This document shows, piece by piece, positions 40,642 to 50,047 of a stretch of DNA of 64,000 bases. The notes beneath the pieces are model-generated. The model was not told the origin of the DNA, ran no database searches, and was given only the letters and a program-made list of their open reading frames with translations. The translations under genes and the position numbers were made by a program. How positions within the stretch are numbered: position 1 is the stretch's first letter; each line of letters opens with the position of its first letter. Source of the DNA: a virus; the IMG/VR virus record IMGVR_UViG_3300008261_000027, positions 32,001-96,000 of that record; one strand, given 5' to 3'.

Positions 40642-42087
40642 TTAATAAATAATTACGTTATTGTCTTCGGTTAATCCGTATTCACTATCTTCTAATAAAA
40701 TACCAGTAGAATAATAACCTATTAAATCATCCTCACAGTCTTGTCCACATATGAAAAAGTCGTATTGGTTTAGTCTAGTAATGAAATTATGTCTAACATG
40801 AACAAAATCTAACGGTTCTTCATAATATTTTATTGATTTTATATTAAAACAACAAACGCCATTATGTATATTACCCATTAAGCCAGTTCCACCACCCCAA
40901 GATTGTATAAATGGTTGACTACCTCTTTTAGATGGAACAATTTCTTCCCAATTTTCTAGTTTATATATTGGCCTACCATTTAAGTATATTTTAAGAGTAC
41001 CAAGTCTTCTACTTTTCTCATCCGCCCATTTTTTATTTAACTCTTCTATAGTTTCCGAATATGTTACCAGCTGTGTCGATGTAACTGCAGTTATTTCTGT
41101 GTCCTGATATGGATTAATTTTCCACCCAACTAAATCATTCCAGCCACCATCATTTTCAATATCACAGTCAGTGTACCTCTTGTATCTATCAAATACAATA
41201 GTAATATTAAAATCTTTTGTATCACCAGTAGTACACAATTGTGGTGTCTGACCAGACGCTATATAATATGATTCTCCATATCCTGAATTGGTTTGACAAT
41301 ATCCAGAATAATGATGAGCAACCCACTTTATTCTTCTATCTGATGTAAATTGAAAAGAAAGGTTATTATCGGCATATTCAGACGCATTCAGACTTCCTCT
41401 AGTCCCAAAGTAATAAAACACACCACCACTTGACCATGGTAAAGATTCTCTATTGAAAATAAAATCGAGAGTCCATCCTTTTTCAGTTCGCCTAGAAATA
41501 TGGTTAGTACATCCAGTTAAAACTGGCTCCATAAACTGATAAGCCCACGGCTTGTTATTAAGTTTATTTGGAAATGGACAACAACTGGTTTCACTACCCA
41601 ATCTTTCAACGCATTTTAAAACTTGGGCCGTAAATCCGGTTATTAATTCACTTTCTGAAGACACACCAAAATCAGTATCATAACTTTGGCTCTGATTATA
41701 CCCCTGAATCGAGAAATAATGTGTTTCATCTGTTATTCCCGTATAAAAAAACACATTATCATTTAATATCTTATGTACAAATGTATTTGAAATATGATTA
41801 GTAAAATTAGTATAATTAACAGTTGCGGTTAAACCGGAATATATATAATCCGGATCATCAGCACTATAATCAATTTCATATAAAGTTATGGTATTTCTTC
41901 CACACGAAAAGTCTTCTAAATCTGTGTTTATTTTTAAAGAACTATAGGTTATCGGTGTAGATAAATCCAATACATCCGTATCAAAATCCGTCTCCACCTT
42001 TGTTATCTCATAGTCATAAAATTCAGACGAATCCAATTTAGCGTCCAATTTTGTACCAAAAAACTTTAAAATGTTCTGTGTATTCAT
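40642..42087 (-). CDS. Putative structural protein (possible LamG/concanavalin-like fold)
   Basis: 481 aa; GTLKIYLNGR and IKYYEEPL motifs; TATTTATA upstream. Confidence 0.5.
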   Translation of the reverse strand: MNTQNILKFFGTKLDAKLDSSEFYDYEITKVETDFDTDVLDLSTPITYSSLKINTDLEDFSCGRNTITLYEIDYSADDPDYIYSGLTATVNYTNFTNHISNTFVHKILNDNVFFYTGITDETHYFSIQGYNQSQSYDTDFGVSSESELITGFTAQVLKCVERLGSETSCCPFPNKLNNKPWAYQFMEPVLTGCTNHISRRTEKGWTLDFIFNRESLPWSSGGVFYYFGTRGSLNASEYADNNLSFQFTSDRRIKWVAHHYSGYCQTNSGYGESYYIASGQTPQLCTTGDTKDFNITIVFDRYKRYTDCDIENDGGWNDLVGWKINPYQDTEITAVTSTQLVTYSETIEELNKKWADEKSRRLGTLKIYLNGRPIYKLENWEEIVPSKRGSQPFIQSWGGGTGLMGNIHNGVCCFNIKSIKYYEEPLDFVHVRHNFITRLNQYDFFICGQDCEDDLIGYYSTGILLEDSEYGLTEDNNVIIY

Positions 42088-42092
42088 ATTTC

Positions 42093-42125
42093 TATAAATA
42101 TCTTTCCCTCTGTTTGATATTTATA
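42093..42125. promoter_or_regulatory. Back-to-back TATTTATA motifs (putative divergent late promoters)
   Basis: GATATTTATA on the minus strand (core 42093-42100) and on the plus strand (core 42118-42125), each ahead of a divergent gene. Confidence 0.65.
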
Positions 42126-42140
42126 TAAAAATATGATTCA

Positions 42141-42884
42141 ATGAATAATTTTATTAAACAGGTTATAGAAGAAAAATTCGCATCAAAGGCTCAGCAAAGA
42201 TATTTCTATGCTCAAGCTGGAAAAGGTGGTAAAAAGGGTAAAAAGTGGGCTAAATGGGCTAAAGAATTTTCAAGTAAAACCGATTTTGATCAAATACCTG
42301 ATAAAATTGAAAATGAAGATGAAATTGAGGAAATTGTCGATGACAAGGGTAATATTAAAAGAGGTGAAATTCCTTTAAACTCAAAAAAATCTTCAATAGG
42401 CTCCAAAGAAAGAACTGAAAAGGTAGTTAAAAGTGGAGCTGGTGCAATGGGTGTACATGGCGTGCACGGAACTCATACAACTTTAAAGTATTGGGCTGAA
42501 AGTAAAGAGGTTAAAGAAATTGCAATGGGCGACTCATTGGGATATGATAAAAGTATGCGTCGAGATTTACCATATAAAAAGGCACTTAAATATTTTACAA
42601 CTGAACTTGGTTTACCCGAAGATGAAGCTAAAGAAAGATTAGAAACTATGGGTTATATCCCCGGAGAAGAGGATGTTGTTAGATTAGTTGAAAACCCAAA
42701 TCAATTTGTTAGTGATTATTTAGAAAGCGTTTTAGTTAAAAAGTCCAAAGAAAATGAAATTATGGATAATAAAAATAAAAATGTTAATCCAATAATTTTA
42801 AAACAAATACAATCTTTGAAAAAAAGTGCAGAAAAAAATAATATGTCATTAGATGAAATTATAAATCAATTAAAAGGTGAATAG
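42141..42884 (+). CDS. Hypothetical protein, possibly head-internal
   Basis: IKQVIEE followed by basic module FASKAQQRYFYA..KWAKEF. Confidence 0.7.
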   Translation: MNNFIKQVIEEKFASKAQQRYFYAQAGKGGKKGKKWAKWAKEFSSKTDFDQIPDKIENEDEIEEIVDDKGNIKRGEIPLNSKKSSIGSKERTEKVVKSGAGAMGVHGVHGTHTTLKYWAESKEVKEIAMGDSLGYDKSMRRDLPYKKALKYFTTELGLPEDEAKERLETMGYIPGEEDVVRLVENPNQFVSDYLESVLVKKSKENEIMDNKNKNVNPIILKQIQSLKKSAEKNNMSLDEIINQLKGE

Positions 42885-43374
42885 TCAACTTAAAGATAAT
42901 GTTTACAATGTTCCAAATGACATATTAGAGAAAATCAGTTCGACTCTTTCTAATGTGAGTGACGGATCTATGCACGGGGTACAAAGAGCAAAAACATTGT
43001 GTTCAGAAAAAAAAGTAACATATGGCCAATTAAAAAGAATTATTCACGATATGTCTACTATAGATAAGGATAATGACAAATTAAGATATGAATTATACGG
43101 TGGTGAATTAATGGAGAAATGGGCTAAATCATTTTTAGATCAACAAAGATCTCATTTGAAAAATAAAAAAATGGCTAGCCACAAGATCAATAATAATACC
43201 GGGATAAACGGTATAAGAAAAAATCCTTTTATAAAAAACCACGAAAAAAGGGATACAACCAAAATACCAACCAATTTTTTAAAGAGTAATTCAGATGAAA
43301 CATCCGTTTCACCAATTATGTCTCTAGGAATTTTTGAAGAAATTAAAAGAATAAAAAAAATAATAAATTATTAA
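42877..43374 (+). CDS. Hypothetical protein
   Basis: GTG start overlapping the upstream gene; C-terminal IFEEIKRIKKII. Confidence 0.7.
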   Translation: MNSQLKDNVYNVPNDILEKISSTLSNVSDGSMHGVQRAKTLCSEKKVTYGQLKRIIHDMSTIDKDNDKLRYELYGGELMEKWAKSFLDQQRSHLKNKKMASHKINNNTGINGIRKNPFIKNHEKRDTTKIPTNFLKSNSDETSVSPIMSLGIFEEIKRIKKIINY

Positions 43375-43375
43375 G

Positions 43376-44044
43376 ATGGCAACACAATTAGAATTAATCG
43401 CCGAGAAAGAAAGACAAATGCATTTAGCTAGAAACTCATATGCATCTGATTCTAGTTACGCAACAACACACCCTAACGCATTATCAGATGGTGATGAAAA
43501 GGGTAAGGGTGAAAACGATGGAAAGATCGGTTCTTCTGAAGATATACAAGCAAGACTTAATAATCTTGTTAAAAACTCATATTCAACAAAAAATGAATAT
43601 GGTAACACAAATATTAATGCGTTATCAGATGGTGATGAAAAAGGAAAGGGCGAATTAAATAACTCTATTGGGTCAAAAACAGACATTAATACTAGACAAG
43701 AATTACTTTCTAAAAATTTATATAATAGTAGAAAGGGTTATTCAAGCATTCATCAAAATGCGTTATCAGATGGCGATGAAAGAGGTAAGGGTGAAAACAA
43801 TAATAAAATTGGATCAGCCACGGATATTAATATGAGAACAGAACTACTTGCTAAAAACGCATATAGCAATGGTAAAGGATATTCTAGTGGACATCCTAAT
43901 GCATTATCAGATGGTGATGAAAAGGGTAAAGGGGAAAATGATAAAAAAATAGGTTCTTTAACCGACATCAACACAAGAACAGAATCTGTTTCAAGAAATT
44001 ATTATGGAGAAAATAGAAGATACCCAGATATAACACAAATATGA
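43376..44044 (+). CDS. Repeat protein with four 47-aa units
   Basis: NALSDGDE(K/R)GKGE..IGS..DI..R units start at 43475, 43616, 43757 and 43898 (141-nt period). Confidence 0.85.
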   Translation: MATQLELIAEKERQMHLARNSYASDSSYATTHPNALSDGDEKGKGENDGKIGSSEDIQARLNNLVKNSYSTKNEYGNTNINALSDGDEKGKGELNNSIGSKTDINTRQELLSKNLYNSRKGYSSIHQNALSDGDERGKGENNNKIGSATDINMRTELLAKNAYSNGKGYSSGHPNALSDGDEKGKGENDKKIGSLTDINTRTESVSRNYYGENRRYPDITQI

Positions 44045-45042
44045 AATTAGAAGAAATTATTGAAGAACAAAATCAGGGACTTTTAAAAACAACAAAGAAT
44101 AAACCATTGGTGGATGCTATTGTTAATAGACATCCTATTACATTTTATTATAGTGGACCAAGAAAACCAAAAAAGAAAAGTGTAAAAGCTGGTTATAGAG
44201 TTAAGGCCGAACCAGTTGCGCTTGGTGCGCACAAAACCACCGGAAACTTATTAGTTAGAGCGTATATCGATGACCCATCTGTTTCAAAAAGAGGAACTCC
44301 GGGTAAAGTCGGTAAAGAAAAATCTAACTACGGATGGAGAACATTTTTAGCTTCTAGAATGTCAAATGTTCAAGTTGTTAAAGATGAGACGTTCAATACA
44401 ATCAGAGAAAAATATAACGGTGGTGGTGATGATAAATCAATGAGTGTTACTTATGTTAGCACAGATTTTTCACAAACTCCACCAAAACCAAAGATTGGAG
44501 ATACAAAAAAAGTAGAGCCAACAGCAAAGCCTTCCGAACCTACAGTTTCAACAAAACCCTCAGAGCCAACAATAACAAAACAAACAAGAGATGTTGATGC
44601 TGAACTTAAAAAATTTGACACAGAACTAGAACAAATAGAAAAAGATATTAAACAAAGTCTAGAGAACTATAAAAAGTATAAAAATAGTCAAGACGAAATA
44701 AAATATGTTAATCAATTAAAGGACTTAAATAAGAAGAAAGATGAGCTCTTAACAAGAATAGCAAACACCATTAGTGATATTGGTAAAAATGTTGGTTCTG
44801 ATGATAAATCTAAAATAAATAAATTTACAAATAGAGTATCAACAAAAAAGAAAGACTTAAATGTAATTGTCCCAACCCCATCAAGTAAGCCACCAAAATC
44901 TCCAAGCAAACCAGATGAACCAGAGGCAAAAGAAACATTACCAAGCGTAAAACCAAAAGAGAAACCAGAAAAAGATGCTGACACATATAATTTAAGTGAA
45001 GGCTTTATTAATAGGGTTAAAAAGCTTATTATTTATAATTAA
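44041..45042 (+). CDS. WYL-domain protein with Pro/Lys-rich linkers and coiled coil
   Basis: LVDAI..ITFYY...R..EPVALG...LLVRAY...WRTFLASRMSNV matches the WYL pattern. Confidence 0.7.
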   Translation: MKLEEIIEEQNQGLLKTTKNKPLVDAIVNRHPITFYYSGPRKPKKKSVKAGYRVKAEPVALGAHKTTGNLLVRAYIDDPSVSKRGTPGKVGKEKSNYGWRTFLASRMSNVQVVKDETFNTIREKYNGGGDDKSMSVTYVSTDFSQTPPKPKIGDTKKVEPTAKPSEPTVSTKPSEPTITKQTRDVDAELKKFDTELEQIEKDIKQSLENYKKYKNSQDEIKYVNQLKDLNKKKDELLTRIANTISDIGKNVGSDDKSKINKFTNRVSTKKKDLNVIVPTPSSKPPKSPSKPDEPEAKETLPSVKPKEKPEKDADTYNLSEGFINRVKKLIIYN

Positions 45043-45055
45043 TATATTTATCATT

Positions 45056-45610
45056 ATGTCACAACTATTAAACGGGCCAATCACCTCAAATGATTTAATG
45101 CAAAGATTAGCACAAGCTAAAAAGGTTATGAATAAAGTTGATTCAGGAAATTATGAGAAAGGTAATGTGAGTGAAAGCGCATTTTTAGTGCCACAAGAAC
45201 CTGCTGAATACAAAGAGCAACAAGTTAAGCCTGTTTCTATAGATAAGATACAAAATTCAAAATTACCAGACGCAATAAAAAAAGCTATGATTGACAATCC
45301 TATACCTCAGATTTCTTTGAGCGAGAGTTTAGATATGGATTTTGTTAAAGGTGCTAAAAAACTTATGGAAAGAGAAGGTCTATCAAAACCAACAATTCAA
45401 CAAAAAAATTCTGGTACCGTTACAAATCCAAATATAGATATGAACGCTATTGCAACTTTGATTGAAAATACTGTTCGCAAAGTTATGGATGAGAAACTAA
45501 ATCAAATACTTACTGCACAACAAACAGCAAGTATTAATGAAAATTTAGTTTTAAAAGTAGGTGATTCTATTTTTAAAGGTAAAATAACTGGCGTAAATAA
45601 AGCCAAATAA
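45056..45610 (+). CDS. Hypothetical protein
   Basis: Likely start ATG 45056 (MSQLLNG), 3 nt after TATTTATC; SKLPDAIKKAMIDNPI. Confidence 0.75.
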   Translation: MSQLLNGPITSNDLMQRLAQAKKVMNKVDSGNYEKGNVSESAFLVPQEPAEYKEQQVKPVSIDKIQNSKLPDAIKKAMIDNPIPQISLSESLDMDFVKGAKKLMEREGLSKPTIQQKNSGTVTNPNIDMNAIATLIENTVRKVMDEKLNQILTAQQTASINENLVLKVGDSIFKGKITGVNKAK

Positions 45611-45662
45611 CCCTTTCTATTTAATTATTTTTTTCGTATTATTTTGACATAACATTATAATT

Positions 45663-46904
45663 ATGTCAAAATTAAAAGTTTTAGCTGTACCATCCGACAA
45701 TCACGGAGTTGGTAAATATAGAATCCTAGATCCATATAAGTTTATTGGTAATCATTTTTCAGAAGATATTCACGTAGATATTGTTTTTACGGTGGAAGAT
45801 AATGATGAAATCTTCAATGATTATGATATCGTTGTTTTTCATAGTTTTATACACAAATTACCTGTTGAAAGAAATTTAGAAAGAATTTCCTGGTTAAGAA
45901 ATAAAGGTATTAAAGTAGTGATGGATATTGATGATTATTGGAATGTTGATCAAAGACATCCAATGTTTAGTCAAATAAAAGCAAATAAAGTACCTGAATC
46001 AAAAATTAGATTATTAAAATCTGTTGATTATATTACGTGTACCACTGAATTATTTGCAAAAGAAATTAGAAATAAATTAAACTTAAAGAACGTAATTGTA
46101 TTTCCAAATGCGGTTGATGAAAATGAACCACAATTTAAACCAAATAAAACAGAGTCAGATAGAACCAGATTTGGTTGGTTAGGTGGGTCAAGTCATTTAC
46201 ATGATCTTGAATTATTAAAATCTGGTATTGACACAACTTTAAATTTATTTAAAGACAAATCACAATTTGTACTTTGTGGATTTGACACCAGGGGAACTAT
46301 TAATGAAATTAATAAAGAAACTAAACAAGTTAGACAAAGACCAATCTTACCACATGAAACTGTTTGGGCTATGTATGAAAGAATATTCACATCAAATTAT
46401 AAATTTGTAAGTGATGAATATAAAAATTTTTTATTATCTTATACACCAACAGATTACCCGAATTTAAATTTACCATACGTAAGAAGATGGACTCAAGAAA
46501 TCAACAAATATGCTTTTAACTACAACTATTTCGATGTTTCACTAGCCCCGTTGGTGGATAGTTTTTTTAATTCTTGTAAATCAGAATTAAAAGTAATTGA
46601 AGCGGGGTTTCATAAAAAAGCAATAATTGCCAGCGATGTTGAGCCATATAGCAATATATTAATTTCTGCTGTAGACGAGGGGAAATACAATGACAATGGT
46701 AATAGTTTGTTGGTTTCACCAAGAAAGAACCATAAAGAATGGGCAAAACACATGAAAAGATTAATAGAAAGCCCAGCAATGATTGAGGATTTAGGTAATA
46801 GGCTATATGAAACAGTCAAAGATAAGTATTCTCTAAAAAACGTATCAAAAAACAGAGTCGAGTTCTTAAAATCATTAGTTGATAAGTCAGTTTTGGTTTT
46901 TTAA
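45663..46904 (+). CDS. Glycosyltransferase (GT-B, GT4-like)
   Basis: MDIDDYW, FPNAVD, GWLGGSSHLHDL, DVSLAPL..FNSCKSELKVIEAG..IIASDV. Confidence 0.85.
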   Translation: MSKLKVLAVPSDNHGVGKYRILDPYKFIGNHFSEDIHVDIVFTVEDNDEIFNDYDIVVFHSFIHKLPVERNLERISWLRNKGIKVVMDIDDYWNVDQRHPMFSQIKANKVPESKIRLLKSVDYITCTTELFAKEIRNKLNLKNVIVFPNAVDENEPQFKPNKTESDRTRFGWLGGSSHLHDLELLKSGIDTTLNLFKDKSQFVLCGFDTRGTINEINKETKQVRQRPILPHETVWAMYERIFTSNYKFVSDEYKNFLLSYTPTDYPNLNLPYVRRWTQEINKYAFNYNYFDVSLAPLVDSFFNSCKSELKVIEAGFHKKAIIASDVEPYSNILISAVDEGKYNDNGNSLLVSPRKNHKEWAKHMKRLIESPAMIEDLGNRLYETVKDKYSLKNVSKNRVEFLKSLVDKSVLVF

Positions 46905-46947
46905 TTTTATTTCCTTATATTAGTTGAAACATTAAAATTAAAAAATT

Positions 46948-47178
46948 ATGCACTATCTAGTTACAATTGGTTATGAAACCGAACAAATGGATCGAAACGG
47001 AAATCCAAGACTTCAAAAATTGAAATACATTCTTGAAGCCGAAACCGTTGAAGAAGCAACTATCGTGGCTTCAAAATACAGAGCTGGCGACATTAGAGGT
47101 AGCGAAAGCATTTCAGTTGTTAAAATGCCAATCGAGTGTGTTATTGATAGAAAAAACACACCAGAATATTACAAATAA
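46948..47178 (+). CDS. Small protein, DUF4494-like
   Basis: YLVTIGYE..NGNPR..KYILEAETVEEA resembles, from memory, the Bacteroidota DUF4494 family. Confidence 0.5.
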   Translation: MHYLVTIGYETEQMDRNGNPRLQKLKYILEAETVEEATIVASKYRAGDIRGSESISVVKMPIECVIDRKNTPEYYK

Positions 47179-47181
47179 AAT

Positions 47182-47748
47182 ATGGTTTCATTAGAAAAGC
47201 TGGAGAAAAATAAAAAAAAATTCAAAGAGGTAAACGACGAATATAAAATTTTCACAAATGAATTGGTTACTTTTTTGGGTGAAGAATTTTATGTTTCTCC
47301 GGCTTCACCTAGTACAGATCTATACGGCTGTTACCCTGGTGGTTTATTGGAACATCTAATTAAAGTTTGTAAGTATTCATTGTTAATAAATGACATTTTA
47401 CCTGAAAAAATAAAAATAAAAAAAGAAAAAATTATTAAAGTGGCTTTTTTGTCACAAATAGGTAAAGTTTTTTTGTTTAAAGAAAACCCAAGCGAATGGC
47501 ATAGATTAAACCAAGGAAAACTCTATGTTTATAACACTAAAGATAATGTTGCTTTAAAAGTTGGTGAAAAAAGTGTTTATTATGCTATTAAGCATGGGGT
47601 CCAATTAGAAGAAGATGAATATCAAGCAATTTTAAATATTGATAAAGATTCTGATGATAAAATGGCTAAATGGTATTCATCAATAATAAGTCAAATACTT
47701 AAACAAGCATTTGAGCTAGCATTAATTGAAGAAAAATATGGAAAATAA
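47182..47748 (+). CDS. HD-domain-like protein with degenerate HD motif
   Basis: SPAS..YPGGLLEH..V present, but the expected LHDIGK reads LSQIGK. Confidence 0.7.
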   Translation: MVSLEKLEKNKKKFKEVNDEYKIFTNELVTFLGEEFYVSPASPSTDLYGCYPGGLLEHLIKVCKYSLLINDILPEKIKIKKEKIIKVAFLSQIGKVFLFKENPSEWHRLNQGKLYVYNTKDNVALKVGEKSVYYAIKHGVQLEEDEYQAILNIDKDSDDKMAKWYSSIISQILKQAFELALIEEKYGK

Positions 47749-48349
47749 TTTTGAAGAAATTTTAAAGAAACTTAAACAGTATGAATCATTATTATCAATT
47801 GATGATGGTGATGAGATTGATGAAAATTTAGCGAACGAAATAAATAAAACACTAGATATATTAAACAACGAAATTAGTGTTGCCCAACAAAAAGAGAGTT
47901 CAACTATTAAGATAAAATTCATAAATAAGTCAACAAACGAAGACCCTAAATTTGCCTATGAGGGTGATAGTGGATTTGATTTAAGAGCGGATATTGAAGA
48001 GTCTTTGGTTTTAAATCCTGGAGAGCGAGCATTAATACCAACTGGTTTATACTTTGAACTGGTTAAGGGATTAGAATTACAGGTTAGGCCCAGAAGCGGT
48101 TTGTCAATTAAAAACGGTATAACAGTATTAAATAGTCCGGGTACTGTTGATAGCCACTATCGTGGAGAAGTTAAAATACCTTTGATTAATTTAGGACAAG
48201 AACCATTTAAAATTGTGAAGGGTGATAGAATCGCACAAGCTGTTATTGCACCCGTTTATGGTGAAGGTAAAATCAATCTATTGAAAACGGACACAATAAA
48301 TGAAACATCTAGAGGTTCGGGTGGGTTTAATTCTAGCGGAATTAAATGA
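47738..48349 (+). CDS. dut: Trimeric dUTPase with acidic N-terminal extension
   Basis: SGFDL, RPRSGL, GTVDSHYRGE, GDRIAQ, RGSGGFNSSG. Confidence 0.95.
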   Translation: MENNFEEILKKLKQYESLLSIDDGDEIDENLANEINKTLDILNNEISVAQQKESSTIKIKFINKSTNEDPKFAYEGDSGFDLRADIEESLVLNPGERALIPTGLYFELVKGLELQVRPRSGLSIKNGITVLNSPGTVDSHYRGEVKIPLINLGQEPFKIVKGDRIAQAVIAPVYGEGKINLLKTDTINETSRGSGGFNSSGIK

Positions 48350-48389
48350 TATTTATATTAAAATAAACCAAATTTAAAACTTAAAAAAC

Positions 48390-49103
48390 TTGATAAAATC
48401 TAGAGGTAAAGCCGCTGTAATAGAAGTAAAAAAAACACCACACAAAGAAAGAATTCGTGAATTAATAAAAAAACCAAAAGAAAAATTTTTAACACAATCA
48501 CAAGAAGAATATTGGAAAATATTAGGTGAGAACCAAATTACTTTATGTTTTGGTCCAGCTGGTGTCGGTAAGTCTTATATTGCAATGAAAAGAGCAATAG
48601 ATTTACTTCACGATGATGATAATAAGTATGAAAAAATAATCATAGTTAGACCAGCTGTAGAGGCTGAAGAAAAATTAGGTTCTCTTCCGGGGGGGTTAGA
48701 AGAAAAATTAGACCCATACATCTATCCATCTTACTATCTTTTAAATAAGATAATTGGTAAAGAGGCTAGAGAAAGAATGAAAGATGAAGGTTATATTGAA
48801 GTTGCGGCATTAGCATATATGCGTGGATGGAATGTAGATAACACTATTTTGGTTTTTGAAGAAGCACAAAACGCAACTCCAGCTCAAATAAAATTATTAC
48901 TAACTCGTATTGGTTTCAATTCTAAATTTTTCTTATCTGGAGATTTAGAGCAATCAGACAAATTTAAAGACAAAACAAAAAGCGGTCTTTATGATGCTAA
49001 AAAAAGATTAGAAGGCGTTCGAGGCGTTGGTATTTTTGAATTTGGTAATCAAGACATTGTTAGAAACCCAATTATTACTGAAATCTTAAAAAGATACGAG
49101 TAA
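48390..49103 (+). CDS. phoH: PhoH-family ATPase
   Basis: GPAGVGKS, IVRPAVEAEEKLGSLPG, AYMRG, EEAQN, GDLEQSD, DIVRNP. Confidence 0.95.
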   Translation: MIKSRGKAAVIEVKKTPHKERIRELIKKPKEKFLTQSQEEYWKILGENQITLCFGPAGVGKSYIAMKRAIDLLHDDDNKYEKIIIVRPAVEAEEKLGSLPGGLEEKLDPYIYPSYYLLNKIIGKEARERMKDEGYIEVAALAYMRGWNVDNTILVFEEAQNATPAQIKLLLTRIGFNSKFFLSGDLEQSDKFKDKTKSGLYDAKKRLEGVRGVGIFEFGNQDIVRNPIITEILKRYE

Positions 49104-49143
49104 ACCTATTTACTTTATTTATTTTAAACCCTATCTTTTGATC

Positions 49144-49767
49144 ATGAGAGTTTACATATCAATAGATGGGGTTTTACGTAATTTTATAAATCGTTATCAC
49201 TATCACTACGAAAACGCATTTATAAATGTTGATGATGAAAATGGTGACACTTTTGAATATCGAGTAACAGAACCGATTACAAACCATAACATATCTGATC
49301 ATTTTTTATTCCAATCAAAAGAACAAGAAGAGTATTTTCAATACATTGAATATCCAATGGAATTATATGGTCATGCACCAGTTAGTTACAATAATGTAAA
49401 TAACGATTTAAATAAAATGATATATCATCATAAAGACCATGAATTTTATTTAGTTGGTTTAGACGAATTAGGTAAAGCAAGACCAGCAACATTATTCTTT
49501 TTGTCTAGAAATGGGTTTATGATAGATAATATTAAATTTATCAAAACAGATCAAATAGAAAGCGAATGGAATAATGTTGATTTATGGATAAGTGATTCTC
49601 AGAAGATATTAACACATAAACCAAATAATAAAGAATTTATCTTGTTTAGAACAAACTATAACGAGCACTTTACTTATGAAAAAATAATTCATAAATTAAG
49701 TGATATTAATATTGAAAATAATATTATAACAATAAACAATGAAAATCAAAAGTTATTAGATGCGTGA
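49144..49767 (+). CDS. HAD-fold 5'(3')-deoxyribonucleotidase-like protein, degenerate motif I
   Basis: YISIDGVLRNF in place of DxDGVL; DLWISD; YN near the C-terminus. Confidence 0.6.
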   Translation: MRVYISIDGVLRNFINRYHYHYENAFINVDDENGDTFEYRVTEPITNHNISDHFLFQSKEQEEYFQYIEYPMELYGHAPVSYNNVNNDLNKMIYHHKDHEFYLVGLDELGKARPATLFFLSRNGFMIDNIKFIKTDQIESEWNNVDLWISDSQKILTHKPNNKEFILFRTNYNEHFTYEKIIHKLSDINIENNIITINNENQKLLDA

Positions 49768-50047
49768 TTTTATAGATAATGAATACTATGTAGATATTGA
49801 TGGTATCATTGATAAGTGTAGGACCGGAGATACTATTAAAGATGAAGACGGAAAAGATGTAAATGAAATTAATATTTTTAAATATGAAATTATAAAAATG
49901 ATGTTAGATCGAGTGCTAGATGAATTCGATGATGAAGGTGATGATGATGTTTTATCATCTTTAAAAGGTAAAAAAGGCTCAACTTCTTTTAACTTAGCCT
50001 TTAATACACTTTTTCAATACGGAATAATAAAAGAAGAAAATGATTAA
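49760..50047 (+). CDS. Hypothetical acidic protein
   Basis: 95 aa, overlapping its neighbours in the operon. Confidence 0.7.
   Translation: MRDFIDNEYYVDIDGIIDKCRTGDTIKDEDGKDVNEINIFKYEIIKMMLDRVLDEFDDEGDDDVLSSLKGKKGSTSFNLAFNTLFQYGIIKEEND

Noticed and set aside
43475-44040. 141-nt periodic repeats as a CRISPR array
   Set aside because: Repeats are in frame with synonymous variation, the intervening parts are homologous to each other, and no cas genes are present
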